Source: Camelus dromedarius (lineage: Eukaryota). From it: a stretch of DNA of 64,000 nt. Positions 63,860-64,000 of this stretch are shown piece after piece. Under the pieces are notes generated by a model that was not told the origin of the DNA, did no database searches, and saw nothing but the letters and a program-made list of their open reading frames with translations. The stretch is from contig NC_087437.1 in NCBI RefSeq assembly GCF_036321535.1, positions 86,058,001-86,122,000 of the forward strand, written 5' to 3'. The first letter of the stretch is position 1. Each line of letters opens with the position of its first letter. The position numbers and the translations under genes were made by a program.

Positions 63860-64000
63860 CAGACCCTGTGACTTTTCTGCTTATGCTACAATCACACACA
63901 GTCCTGTAGTCAGTTTAAGCTGCAAAACACCAACTCATTATACATATTACAAGTATCCAAGCCAATCCGGTTCGAGATAAGAGCTCTCCAGTGTTCCTGA

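Noticed and set aside
1..64000. CRISPR arrays, rRNA, tRNA or prokaryotic-type systems
   Set aside because: No regularly spaced repeat-spacer array or structural RNA gene signature was seen, and the sequence is mammalian.

Overview
Mammalian (eutherian) repeat-rich, apparently intergenic or deep-intronic DNA. No host protein-coding gene is recognisable. Most of the ORF track is spurious or transposon-derived. The window is dominated by a young full-length LINE-1 (32381-39477, + strand). It has a CpG-island 5'UTR and a target-site duplication, both ORFs are disabled, and it sits inside a MIR. There is also an older, internally deleted L1 (about 9640-13600), several 5'-truncated L1 3' ends, MaLR/ERVL/ERV1 LTRs, DNA-transposon relics (MER20, MER47/Tigger, MER5A, Charlie-type) and MIR/L2/CR1 fossils. 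The L1 3'UTR style, together with no Alu, B1, Bov-A, PRE or Can-SINEs seen, suggests a cetartiodactyl, probably a camelid (inference). The most interesting item is a ~360-bp element at 46249-46610. In it, the first ~170 nt of an L1 5'UTR are joined directly to the last ~190 nt of an L1 3'UTR. The join matches a GT donor and an AG acceptor visible in other L1 copies in this window, so it is a candidate spliced, retrotransposed mini-L1. Second is a 185-nt hairpin at 29757-29941 with + strand G.U-biased mismatches and a strong CTCF motif nearby. Repeat family names come from recalled consensus sequences, not a database search, and boundaries of old repeats are approximate.
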